From a virus (lineage: Duplodnaviria > Caudoviricetes), in IMG/VR virus record IMGVR_UViG_3300025630_000025, positions 1 to 37,073 of that record: 37,073 nucleotides of DNA. One strand, written 5' to 3'. Positions 19,033 to 27,887 of the stretch are shown here, piece after piece. The translations under genes were made by a program, and so were the position numbers. The notes under the pieces are model-generated. The model saw only the letters and a program-made list of their open reading frames with translations. It had not been told where the DNA came from and did no database searches. Positions within the stretch are counted from its first letter, which is position 1. Every line of letters begins with the position of its first letter.

Positions 19033-19310
19033 TTGCACACATGAAGACACACAAGCGCCCCCTGCAATACTTCATCAGGGATAAGTCCCTTGAGCCCGCA
19101 AAGAGTGGCTGGCGCACCATCTGTGAGGTTCAGCGGCAGTTGCTGAAGATGGTGGATGACGAATTGAAGCCAAAAGACCCGGAACTGGCATCCAAGTTCA
19201 CGACGCTGATCGAGGAGTCATATGACCTCGGCAAGCGGATGGACAGGCGACTGCGCGAGTTCAACGGGCATTACATCCAGGATGTTTATGAGCAAATCCA
19301 ACCTGATTAG
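19029..19310 (+). CDS. Hypothetical protein (paralog B)
   Basis: GTGA overlap; tandem paralog of the previous gene. Confidence 0.75.
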   Translation: MIAHMKTHKRPLQYFIRDKSLEPAKSGWRTICEVQRQLLKMVDDELKPKDPELASKFTTLIEESYDLGKRMDRRLREFNGHYIQDVYEQIQPD

Positions 19311-19806
19311 CGACGAATACAAGCAACTGCAGATCAAGACACACGAGGATAACCCGGAGTGGGGACGGGCGGCTCAAGCCAATGCTTCTGCCATCTTGAA
19401 GTTCTGCAAGGATAACGGCTTCAAGAAAGTTCTCGACTACGGATGCGGCAAGCAGAGGCTTAGGGATGCCTTGGCCCCCCACGGCATTGAGGTGTCGGGC
19501 TACGATCCCGGCATTCCGGGGCTGGACGTGTCGCCACCGCCACATAACCTCGTGGTCTGCATTGATGTCCTTGAGCATATTGAGCCTGAGTACCTTGACG
19601 ACGTCTTGCAAGACATCAGGCGTCTGACGAAGAAGATTGGCATTTTCACGATCTCGACACGACCTGCCGAAACGATTTTGGCAGACGGCACGAATGCACA
19701 CCGGATCATAGAGCCGTCAAGCTGGTGGCTGGACCGGCTTTGCCGGGTTTTCAGCGTCCATATGTTCACCCGCGAAAAGGACGGCTTCGGAGTGCTTGTG
19801 CAATGA
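19288..19806 (+). CDS. Class I SAM-dependent methyltransferase
   Basis: VLDYGCGK, YDP, VVCIDVLEHI. Confidence 0.9.
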   Translation: MSKSNLISDEYKQLQIKTHEDNPEWGRAAQANASAILKFCKDNGFKKVLDYGCGKQRLRDALAPHGIEVSGYDPGIPGLDVSPPPHNLVVCIDVLEHIEPEYLDDVLQDIRRLTKKIGIFTISTRPAETILADGTNAHRIIEPSSWWLDRLCRVFSVHMFTREKDGFGVLVQ

Positions 19807-20522
19807 AGATATACATCGGCTACGACGATCGCGAACAGACAGCCTACGACGTTTGCAAGCATTCCATATTGAAGCGTGCGAGCATCCCGGTGGAAGTCAT
19901 TCCGCTGATGCACAAGCCCTTGAGGAACTCTGGGCTGTTCAAGCGGCCGTGGAAGATTGACGCTCTTGGGCAGTACATCTGCGAAGTGGACGGGCGTCCT
20001 TTCTCGACGCAGTTCAGTCATTCAAGGTTCCTCGTGCCGGAACTGGCGCGGCTCACGGAAACGGAATGGGCAGTCTTTGTCGATTGCGACTTCCTGTTCC
20101 TTGATGACGTGAAGAACCTCTTTGACCTCCGAGACCCGTCCAAGGCCATCCAGGTCGTGAAGCACAATTACAAGGCGGATGGGATGAAGATGGATGGCTG
20201 CATCCAGCAGTCCTACAACCGGAAACTCTGGTCGAGCCTGATGCTGTTCAACGTGAATCATCCGGCCCACGACAAGATGACCCACAACGAAGTGAACGAG
20301 TGGGATGGGCGGGAACTGCATCAGTTGAAGTGGCTTGATGACAAGCACATCGGGGCGCTTCCTGAAGCATGGAACTGGATACCGAGCCACTCTAAGGGAA
20401 GCCCGTCTGCCGTGCATTATACGGAAGGGATGCCCTTCATGCCTGGATATGAGTGCGAGCCCTATGCGGCCGAGTGGGTCAGGGAGCTGGCGGGCATGCA
20501 CCATCCGAGCATGAAGCTATGA
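19803..20522 (+). CDS. GT-A fold glycosyltransferase (GT8-related)
   Basis: KIYIGYD, TQFSHSRFLVP, FVDCDFL (DxD), RKLWSSLMLFN, WNW, VHYTEG.P. Confidence 0.85.
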   Translation: MKIYIGYDDREQTAYDVCKHSILKRASIPVEVIPLMHKPLRNSGLFKRPWKIDALGQYICEVDGRPFSTQFSHSRFLVPELARLTETEWAVFVDCDFLFLDDVKNLFDLRDPSKAIQVVKHNYKADGMKMDGCIQQSYNRKLWSSLMLFNVNHPAHDKMTHNEVNEWDGRELHQLKWLDDKHIGALPEAWNWIPSHSKGSPSAVHYTEGMPFMPGYECEPYAAEWVRELAGMHHPSMKL

Positions 20523-20761
20523 GGCGACGACAGGCATTGGCCGCACAGACGGCGGCGAAGGAAGCGGCACGGGTTTCTCCCGTTGTCGAGTTGGCCCCGG
20601 TTCCCGTGAAACGCGGCAGGCCAAAGGGCTCAAAGAATAAAGCGAGGGTAGTCAATGACGACATTCGGGGTCATGCAGGACCGGATAGCGGACGAGTTGA
20701 ACAGGACGGACCTGACCACGCAAATCCAGTATGCGATCAAGACGGCGATCAAGGTCTATGA
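20519..20761 (+). CDS. Small basic protein with AT-hook-like KRGRPKGSKNK (uncertain; overlaps next gene)
   Basis: ATGA overlap at 20519; fills the gap before 20655. Confidence 0.4.
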   Translation: MRRRQALAAQTAAKEAARVSPVVELAPVPVKRGRPKGSKNKARVVNDDIRGHAGPDSGRVEQDGPDHANPVCDQDGDQGL

Positions 20762-21290
20762 CAAGCAGCGGTTCTGGTTCAACGAATCGCGCTCCTTCAC
20801 GTTCTCGACGGTAGCGGCGCAGGAATTCTACACCTCGTCGGACAACGCCGACATTCCGAACTTGCTTGCCATCGACAGCGTACAGATTGCCATCACGTCT
20901 ACGGACAAGTATCTGCTCCAGAGGGTGCCTTACGAACAGATTGAGGCCATCAGTGCTAACGGAACCTCGGATGAGGGGCAGCCCACATGGTTCTGTTATT
21001 ACAACAAGCAAATCCGTCTCTATCCCATCCCCGATGCCACCTATACCATTCGCGTATCGGGACATTGGGCCTTGTCTGACCTGAGTGCCACCACCGACAC
21101 CAACAACTGGATGACGGACGGGGAAATCCTCATTCGCTCACGGGCGAAGCGTGAACTCTACACGCACGTCATACGAGACGTGGACGGGGCTGCAGCAATG
21201 GCGCAGGCGGAAGGTGCCGAACTGAAGGAACTGAGGTCGGCTTCATCCCTGCGTGGCTCATCCGGCCTCGTTGCCGCGACTGACTTCTGA
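20655..21290 (+). CDS. Head-to-tail adaptor protein
   Basis: RIADELNRTDL, G.P..F, IRLYPIPD.TY, TNNWMT; position after the head genes. Confidence 0.8.
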   Translation: MTTFGVMQDRIADELNRTDLTTQIQYAIKTAIKVYDKQRFWFNESRSFTFSTVAAQEFYTSSDNADIPNLLAIDSVQIAITSTDKYLLQRVPYEQIEAISANGTSDEGQPTWFCYYNKQIRLYPIPDATYTIRVSGHWALSDLSATTDTNNWMTDGEILIRSRAKRELYTHVIRDVDGAAAMAQAEGAELKELRSASSLRGSSGLVAATDF

Positions 21291-21292
21291 CC

Positions 21293-22732
21293 ATGAAGCT
21301 CCCATTTGGGCCTTGGCTTCCAGACCTTCCGGCTCTGGGAAATCCCGGAAACACGGACGCGAAGAACGTCATTCCCGGCTCCAACGGGTACATGCCGTGG
21401 TATGCGGTGAATCCGTATTCCAATGCCCTGACAGCACGCGCCCAAGGGGCCTTTGCCACGAAGGACAATGCAGGCACCGTCCACGTCTATGCGGGCGATG
21501 CGACGAAGCTTTACCTTCTATCCTCTGCCACATGGACGGACGCCAGCCGATTGGTTGGCGGGGCCTATGCATGCCCCACTGACACGCAGTGGCGCTTCGT
21601 GAAGTATGGCTCGACGGCGATTGCCGTGAACGGGGCGGATGCGCCACAGGCCATTTCTCTGTCAGCCGGTGCAAATTTCGCTGCCCTTGCCGGGTCGCCA
21701 CCGACAGGGCGGCACATTGCTGTCGTGCGGGAATTCGTTGTGATCGGGAATATCACGTCGGCCCAGAACAGGGTGCAGTGGTCATCCTCGAACAACTCGA
21801 CATCCTGGACAACGGGAACGAACGAAGCCAACCAGCAGGACATTCCTGACGGTGGCATTGTCCAGGCCATTGTTGGGGGCGAAGTCGGCTACGTATTCAT
21901 GGAACGCCAGATCGTTCGCATGGTGCGTGTACCGGCTCCCATCACATTCCAGTTCGACGTGGTCGAGCAGGCGCGTGGTGCGCTTGCGCCTTATTGCGTG
22001 GTCCCGGTCGGGTCGGGCGTGTTCTACCTGTCGGCGGACGGGTTCTTCTACTTCGACGGGGTGCAGTCACAGCCCATTGGTGAAAACGGCATAGACCAGA
22101 CGTTCTTCAGCGAGGTGAACACCTCATATTATGACCGCATCAGCGCGGTGGTGGACCCGGTCAGGAAGCTTGTCTTCGTGGCTTATCCAGCAGGTGGTGG
22201 CGGTATCTGCAATAAAATCCTGTGCTGGCACTGGCCCGAAAGGCGTTGGTCATACGTGGTTCAGGACGTTGAGTTGCTCTACAACCACTTCGGCCTTGGT
22301 GTCGGATTGGACAGCATCTCAGGCACGCTTGAGAGCCAAAGCCTGTCATTCGACTCCACAGCCTATCAGGGCGGCAACCAATCCATCGGGGCGTTCAACT
22401 CGGCGCACAAGTTGTCATTCTTCGACGGGTCCAGCCTTGAAGCCGTGATGACCACGGCAGAAGCCCAGATCAATGAGACGGGACGCGCGCAGGTGCAGGA
22501 AGTTGCCCCATTGGTGGACACTTCGTCAGCCACGATTTCCATTGGTTCGCGTGAAACCCAACACGGTTCGGTTTCCTACTCTGCAGAGTCTTCGCAGAAC
22601 TCGGCTGGTATTTGCCCCACGCGCTCGTCAGGGAGGTTCCTGCGGGCAAGGATGACGATACCGGCTGCGACAACATGGAACTATGCGCAGGGCGTTGACC
22701 TTGTGAAGGTTTCCTCGATGGGGATGAGATGA
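21293..22732 (+). CDS. Tail nozzle/hub (P22 gp10-like beta-propeller)
   Basis: FGPWLPD...AKNV, RVQWS, VFYLSADGFF; podoviral gene order. Confidence 0.75.
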   Translation: MKLPFGPWLPDLPALGNPGNTDAKNVIPGSNGYMPWYAVNPYSNALTARAQGAFATKDNAGTVHVYAGDATKLYLLSSATWTDASRLVGGAYACPTDTQWRFVKYGSTAIAVNGADAPQAISLSAGANFAALAGSPPTGRHIAVVREFVVIGNITSAQNRVQWSSSNNSTSWTTGTNEANQQDIPDGGIVQAIVGGEVGYVFMERQIVRMVRVPAPITFQFDVVEQARGALAPYCVVPVGSGVFYLSADGFFYFDGVQSQPIGENGIDQTFFSEVNTSYYDRISAVVDPVRKLVFVAYPAGGGGICNKILCWHWPERRWSYVVQDVELLYNHFGLGVGLDSISGTLESQSLSFDSTAYQGGNQSIGAFNSAHKLSFFDGSSLEAVMTTAEAQINETGRAQVQEVAPLVDTSSATISIGSRETQHGSVSYSAESSQNSAGICPTRSSGRFLRARMTIPAATTWNYAQGVDLVKVSSMGMR

Positions 22733-23130
22733 CGGTTTCGAACTTCACCCCGGTCAGGAAAATCCCCCCGCAGGCGACTACGCGCGAAATCGTGGACGCG
22801 GTCAATTCCATCATAACCAATTTCCCGCAATTCGGGTTCCGTGACCATCGTGGCATTTGCACCGTGGTTGCGGACTACACGGTCACGGAAGGCGATTGGA
22901 CAATCCTTGCCGATGCGAGTGCGACGACAACTTTGGTTGTTACGCTTCCGGCCGTGTCATCCTATCCGTGGCGAACGCTGAACGTGAAGAAGATTGATTC
23001 ATCTGCCCATCCGGTCATCATTGACGGGAACGGGGCAGAGACGATTGACGGGGCTACGACGAAGTCCACGACAACGCAATACGCAGGCTGGGCGCTCCAT
23101 ACGGATGGCAGCGCCTGGTACATCATTTGA
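22729..23130 (+). CDS. Putative minor tail protein
   Basis: TLPA...VKKID...ETIDG...DGSAW domain, like the repeats in the tail fibre. Confidence 0.65.
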   Translation: MTVSNFTPVRKIPPQATTREIVDAVNSIITNFPQFGFRDHRGICTVVADYTVTEGDWTILADASATTTLVVTLPAVSSYPWRTLNVKKIDSSAHPVIIDGNGAETIDGATTKSTTTQYAGWALHTDGSAWYII

Positions 23131-23543
23131 GCGGCGAATTTTTCCAGCTTCCGCCCAATACGGTGGCGCAGGCTTGGCCTGTGATCCGTCCGCGCATCAT
23201 GAGCGGGGTGGAGCGGTCCACGGGCCGTCTCACGGAGATGGCGGCTTTCGACTACATCGCGTCAGGCAAGTGGCAATGCTGGGTGTACTGGGAGGCGGGT
23301 GAGTGCCTCGCGGCCTGCATCACCCGCATCAACGTCCATAGTTCTGGGTCAAAGTCCGTCGAAGCCATCATGGCTTCCGGCGACCATCGCGAGAAGTGGC
23401 AACGCCTCGCTGTCGAGACGTGGAAGAAGTTTGCAAAGTCGGAGGGGTGTTCTCTCCTTGAGTTGTACGCAAGGCCAGGGTGGGAACGTGTGTTTACAGA
23501 GTTCAAGAAGACGCACGTTGTACTTGAATTGAGGATTGATTGA
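23127..23543 (+). CDS. Tail/ejectosome assembly protein, GNAT-like
   Basis: FAKSEGC...ARPGW.R motif; usual position before ejection genes. Confidence 0.65.
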   Translation: MSGEFFQLPPNTVAQAWPVIRPRIMSGVERSTGRLTEMAAFDYIASGKWQCWVYWEAGECLAACITRINVHSSGSKSVEAIMASGDHREKWQRLAVETWKKFAKSEGCSLLELYARPGWERVFTEFKKTHVVLELRID

Positions 23544-24364
23544 TGAGCAAAGACCAGAAGACCACGACCACGCAGCAGAATGATCCGTGGAAGCCAGCGC
23601 AGGGTGCGCTTAAGGACATTCTCAGTCGGGCGCAGTCTCTTAACGCCAAGGGGACCAACTATTTCCCCGGCTCGACGGTTGCTCCGTTCTCTGGCGATAC
23701 CATGAACGCCATGAGCGCCATTCGCAACATTGCGAATGGCGGGAGTGCGCTCTATGGGCAGGGTGGAAATGCCATCACAGGGGGATTGAGTCAGGCGCTC
23801 TCTACAGCCAATGGCGATTACCTGAACAACAACCCGCACCTGCACGACATGTTCTCAGCCCTGTCGGGCGACGTGCAGGACGCGGTGAACTCTCAGTTCA
23901 GCGCATCGGGCAGGACGGGAAGCCCCGCGCACGCAGGCGTGATGACGCAGCAGTTGGGGAACTTGGGCGCGCAGATTTACGGACAGAACTACGCCAACGA
24001 GCGACAGAACCAGATGCAGGCGATCAACCAGTTGGGCAACCTTGCGGGCATGATCCCGGGCTATGACGCCTACAAGTACAATGACCTGAACCAACTTCAG
24101 GGCATCGGCGCGCAGCAGGAGAACAAGGCGCAGCAGGGCCTCACGGAAGACTTCAACCGCTACATGTATAACCAGCAATCCCCGTGGGACAACCTCATCA
24201 AGTACGGTGGCCTCGCCTCTGGAATTGGCTCGATGGGCGGTACTTCCAACGGTACGCAGACGCAGCCGGGTCCAGGGATTCTTGGTGGCATTGGTGGCCT
24301 GTTTGGCCTCACGGGCGCATTGAAAGACACGGGCGCATTTGGCCCAGCCGGATGGCTCTTTTAG
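23540..24364 (+). CDS. DNA ejection (internal virion) protein
   Basis: TTTTQQNDPW, Q/N/G-rich, glycine-rich hydrophobic C-terminus. Confidence 0.7.
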   Translation: MMSKDQKTTTTQQNDPWKPAQGALKDILSRAQSLNAKGTNYFPGSTVAPFSGDTMNAMSAIRNIANGGSALYGQGGNAITGGLSQALSTANGDYLNNNPHLHDMFSALSGDVQDAVNSQFSASGRTGSPAHAGVMTQQLGNLGAQIYGQNYANERQNQMQAINQLGNLAGMIPGYDAYKYNDLNQLQGIGAQQENKAQQGLTEDFNRYMYNQQSPWDNLIKYGGLASGIGSMGGTSNGTQTQPGPGILGGIGGLFGLTGALKDTGAFGPAGWLF

Positions 24365-24373
24365 GGGTAGAAA

Positions 24374-25696
24374 ATGGCAGCACCGTATTATCTCGCGGCC
24401 CCCAAGGGCGACGAGTACCAGCCATCGTTTTTCGAGAAGCTATCCAACGGCATCAACAACATGCCGAGCGAGAGCTTCTACAACCTCGCCAGTGCGCTTG
24501 CGACCCCGGGGCCTTGGGCGCAGAGGCTCACCGCTGGGCTTGCCGGATTTGGCTCGCCCATCGCAGCACAGAAGAAGAAGCAGGGCCTAGCTGCTGCCTT
24601 CGACCAGCTTCTCCCCACCATCCCGGAAGCACAGAGGCCGATCTTTGCCGAGATGGTGAAGAATGACCCGCAGGCTCTCATGGGTGCACTCTCAACGCAG
24701 ATGTTCGCAAAACCGAACGAGCCGACAAGCGACATCCAGAACTACCAGTTTGCGGTTCAGCAGGGCTTCCCGGGGACGTACTTCGACTTCAAGAAGCAGT
24801 TGGCGCAGGCACAGGTTACGCCTCTTGGGGTAGACGTTCCAGGCGTTGGGACCATTGACCCCAAGACCGGCGCTCCGATGGCACCATCAGCACCACCTCC
24901 GCAGGCCATGCCATCGCCGTCCCGTGGTGCGCCCGTGCCGCCACCTGCGTCGGTCATTGCTCCTGACAGTCCGGGACAGTTCTTCAATCCCGACATGCAC
25001 AAGAACACGCTTGGCGATGGCATGATGCCGCCAGAGATGCAGGGGCCTCCCCCTCTCAATGCGGCTGACTTCCCGCCCGCGCCTGCTCCTACAGCGCCAC
25101 TGCGACCCATCCTCGACCCGCAAGCCAAACTGCTGAACCTTGGTGCGCCTCCGCAGGGCCAAATGTGGGTTTACGGCGCGGATGGGAAAACTCCTACGCT
25201 GCAATCTGTTCCCGGTTACAAGGCTCCGGCGGGGCAAGTCCCAGCCGAGGTTGGGGCAAGAATTGGTTTGGCCGAAGGGTTCCTGAAAAGGTTTGACCAA
25301 ATCAAGAAAAGGCTCCCTGAACTTGATAGCATCCAAGGTCGTGGGCAAATCCTGTTCAACACGGGAACAGGGGCGGAGGTTAAACGCTACATTGAGAGCG
25401 GGTCAGAGGCCCTCATCAGAAGCCTCACTGGCGCAGGAAAGTCACAAGAAGAAGCCAGAAGCTATGCAAGCCGCTATCTTCCGCACCCGCTTGATACAGA
25501 CTTCGACCTGAACAGCAAGTTGGAGGGCCTCAAGTATGACCTTGAGAACTCAATCTCTGGAACCATGAGTGATCGTGGTGGATGGCAGTCCCCTGCCAAA
25601 GAGCCAGAGCCATCCAAGGAAGACCTTGAATTTACAGCCAAGAAATACGGAATTTCCGTGGAAGAGGTTAAGCGGAGGCTGAAGAATGCCAACTGA
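24374..25696 (+). CDS. DNA ejection (internal virion) protein
   Basis: PTSDIQNYQF motif, Pro-rich linker, gene order. Confidence 0.65.
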   Translation: MAAPYYLAAPKGDEYQPSFFEKLSNGINNMPSESFYNLASALATPGPWAQRLTAGLAGFGSPIAAQKKKQGLAAAFDQLLPTIPEAQRPIFAEMVKNDPQALMGALSTQMFAKPNEPTSDIQNYQFAVQQGFPGTYFDFKKQLAQAQVTPLGVDVPGVGTIDPKTGAPMAPSAPPPQAMPSPSRGAPVPPPASVIAPDSPGQFFNPDMHKNTLGDGMMPPEMQGPPPLNAADFPPAPAPTAPLRPILDPQAKLLNLGAPPQGQMWVYGADGKTPTLQSVPGYKAPAGQVPAEVGARIGLAEGFLKRFDQIKKRLPELDSIQGRGQILFNTGTGAEVKRYIESGSEALIRSLTGAGKSQEEARSYASRYLPHPLDTDFDLNSKLEGLKYDLENSISGTMSDRGGWQSPAKEPEPSKEDLEFTAKKYGISVEEVKRRLKNAN

Positions 25697-27128
25697 CCTT
25701 CTCGCCCCTGCAAAGACCAATAAACCCAAGGACTTGCTTGCCAAGCAGCCAAGCGTATTTGATGAAATCATGCAAGGCCCTGTTGGTCAGGTAGGTTCTG
25801 GTATATTGGAGGGGGTCGCCTCACTTCCGGGCCTTCCGGTCGAATTGGCGTCATGGGCGAAAGGCATTCCGCTTGAAGGTTCCAACCTTGAGAATTGGGG
25901 TGCAAAAGGCTGGCAAGACTTTGCCCGCCGCAACATCGGCGAAATCTCCGCCCCAGCACCGACAGACGACCTTGGCCGCGCCTCGCGCAAGTTGGGCGGG
26001 TTCCTGGGTGGTGGTGCGGTTGCGGGGCCTGCGGCAATGGTCCCCAGTCTCACAGGCTTCGTCGGCTCTGAAATTGGTCGCGAGACGGATAAGGCTGGCC
26101 TTACGGGAGGTTACGGGGAAACTATTGGGGGACTTGCTGGAGCTACTATCCCCGGCCTCGTCCGTGGACAGCTCACTTCAGGACTCAAGAAAGCCCCATC
26201 AAACGACGAACTCAAAGCCGCAGGGCAAGCAGCGTACCACGCAGCAGATAATTCAGGGGTCATGTTCACCCCCGGCGGTCTCTCGAAACTCGCCGAAAGC
26301 GTTAAGAGCGCAGCCGCCGACTTCGGGTATGATCCGGCTCTCCAGCCCGGGATCAAGGTCGTCCTCGACAGGCTTGAACAAATCGCCCAAAACCTGACGA
26401 CCTTCAAGGGTCTGGATCAGGTTCGCAAGATCGCCAATAACGTTGCTCGCGATGGCACCAACCCTTCGCAGCGATCCCTTGCCGGAAGCATCGTCACCAA
26501 GATTGACGACTTCATCGAACACGCTGGCCCGACTGATGTGGCATCGGGCGATACCGCAGCGGCTCAGACGGCAGTCAGGACGGCTCGTAACCTCTGGAGC
26601 AGGCTCCGCAAGTCGGAGATGATTGACGAGGCTCTTGGCAAGGCTGAGAGACGTGCCGCGTCTACTCACTCGGGTGGGAACCTCGACAACGCCACACGGC
26701 AGAACATCCGCGCCATTCTTGACAACCCAAGGAAGGCAAGGCTGTTCACCAAACCAGAGCGTGCGCTCATGGAGAAGGTTGTGCGCGGCACGGCATCCCA
26801 GAACGCGCTTCGATTGCTTGGCAAGCTATCGCCGGATGGTAGTGGGCTAATGTCGGTTTTTGGTATTGGTGCAACCTATGGGGCGGGCGGCATTGGTGCG
26901 GCTCCGTTCCTTGCGGGCTATGTCGCCAAGAACATCGCGAACTCCCTTACCGAGCGAAACATCAAGTTGCTGTCAGAGGCAGTCCGCAGGGGCAGCCCCG
27001 GATCATCACCGGCGGACATTGCGGAGAAAGTTCGACTCATCATGGGTGAGGCACAGCGCCGTGCCGCTCTCGCTGGAAAGTCAGCAGCACCCGCTATTCT
27101 CGGCTCATTCAATACGAGGTCTCAATAA
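25686..27128 (+). CDS. DNA ejection (internal virion) protein
   Basis: G/A-rich helical protein with hydrophobic segments; gene order. Confidence 0.65.
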   Translation: MPTDLLAPAKTNKPKDLLAKQPSVFDEIMQGPVGQVGSGILEGVASLPGLPVELASWAKGIPLEGSNLENWGAKGWQDFARRNIGEISAPAPTDDLGRASRKLGGFLGGGAVAGPAAMVPSLTGFVGSEIGRETDKAGLTGGYGETIGGLAGATIPGLVRGQLTSGLKKAPSNDELKAAGQAAYHAADNSGVMFTPGGLSKLAESVKSAAADFGYDPALQPGIKVVLDRLEQIAQNLTTFKGLDQVRKIANNVARDGTNPSQRSLAGSIVTKIDDFIEHAGPTDVASGDTAAAQTAVRTARNLWSRLRKSEMIDEALGKAERRAASTHSGGNLDNATRQNIRAILDNPRKARLFTKPERALMEKVVRGTASQNALRLLGKLSPDGSGLMSVFGIGATYGAGGIGAAPFLAGYVAKNIANSLTERNIKLLSEAVRRGSPGSSPADIAEKVRLIMGEAQRRAALAGKSAAPAILGSFNTRSQ

Positions 27129-27169
27129 TGGCAACAGGCGTCAAATCCTGGTCTAGACCATATCGTTAA
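27128..27169 (+). pseudogene. Orphaned original 5' end of the tail-fibre gene (MATGVKSWSRPYR*)
   Basis: TAATG-coupled to the ejection gene; first 9 codons encode the same peptide as 27801-27827. Confidence 0.8.
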
Positions 27170-27205
27170 CTGTGGTAGAATAGTCTCGTCAATTAACGAC
27201 GAGGC
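27154..27205 (+). promoter_or_regulatory. Promoter and RBS-sequestering hairpin of the free-standing endonuclease
   Basis: TAGACC(27154-59)-16 nt-TAGAAT(27176-81) with extended TG. Hairpin GTCTCGTC(27183-90)/GACGAGGC(27198-205) covers the GAGG SD. Confidence 0.65.
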
Positions 27206-27827
27206 AAGCCATGAAACTGAAGGACATGACGCCTGAAGAGGCTGAACGCAGACGGGAAACCCTGCGGCGCTACAACGGCAAGCCAGAGCGCAAAGAGTAC
27301 ATGCGGGCTTGGTACGAGAAGAACCGGGAGCGGCACCGGGAACTGGGCCGCAAGTGGCAGCGTGAAAACCACGAATACAGCTTGGCTTTGCACCGAGATG
27401 GATACCGCAGGAACAGGACTGCACGACTTGAGAAAGGTCGCGGCGCATATCATCGGGACAAGCTGACCCCGAAGATGATCGCCAAGAACCTGATGGGTGG
27501 GGCGCGCAGGCGAGCGCGTGAAAGTGGCATTGAGTTCACACTGACCAAGGAATGGGTGCTTGAGAAGGTGCTTGCCGGGGTCTGCGAAGTGAGCGGGCTT
27601 AGGTTTGAGCCGGGGAGCGGGCTTCACCACCCGATGTCTCCATCACTGGACAAGATCAGCCGAGATGCTGGCTACACGCCAGAGAACACGCGCCTAGTTA
27701 TATGGGCCGTGAACAATTTGAAGGGCATAGGAACTGACGAGACAATGTGGAAAGTGGTTGAAGCGATGATTTCCAATCGTAGCAAGAAGGGGCCTAGATA
27801 ATGGCAACTGGTGTGAAGTCTTGGAGC
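27155..27827 (+). mobile_element. Free-standing homing-endonuclease cassette carrying a promoter and a replacement gene start (boundaries approximate)
   Basis: Lies between two recoded copies of the tail-fibre start; contains a promoter, an RBS hairpin and an HNH-like ORF. Confidence 0.65.
27211..27801 (+). CDS. Free-standing HNH-like (beta-beta-alpha-Me) putative homing endonuclease
   Basis: Basic helical N-terminus; ARRRA...GIEFTL, CEVSG, SPSLDKI...GYTPENTRLV...VNNLKG (SxDRID-type variant). Confidence 0.75.
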   Translation: MKLKDMTPEEAERRRETLRRYNGKPERKEYMRAWYEKNRERHRELGRKWQRENHEYSLALHRDGYRRNRTARLEKGRGAYHRDKLTPKMIAKNLMGGARRRARESGIEFTLTKEWVLEKVLAGVCEVSGLRFEPGSGLHHPMSPSLDKISRDAGYTPENTRLVIWAVNNLKGIGTDETMWKVVEAMISNRSKKGPR

Positions 27828-27887
27828 ACAACGGCGGCAAGTAACGACTCTGCCGACTCCGCGATTAATTGGCTGGAAGGACAGGCT
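27801..27887 (+). CDS. Tail fibre exon 1; join(27801..27887,28136..29719) = 556 aa
   Basis: Not in ORF track. MATGVKSWSTTAASNDSADSAINWLEGQA joins PSTVNDSSRAMMA, giving the familiar WSTTAxxN...EGQAPSxVNDSxRAMMA N-terminal anchor. Confidence 0.88.
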
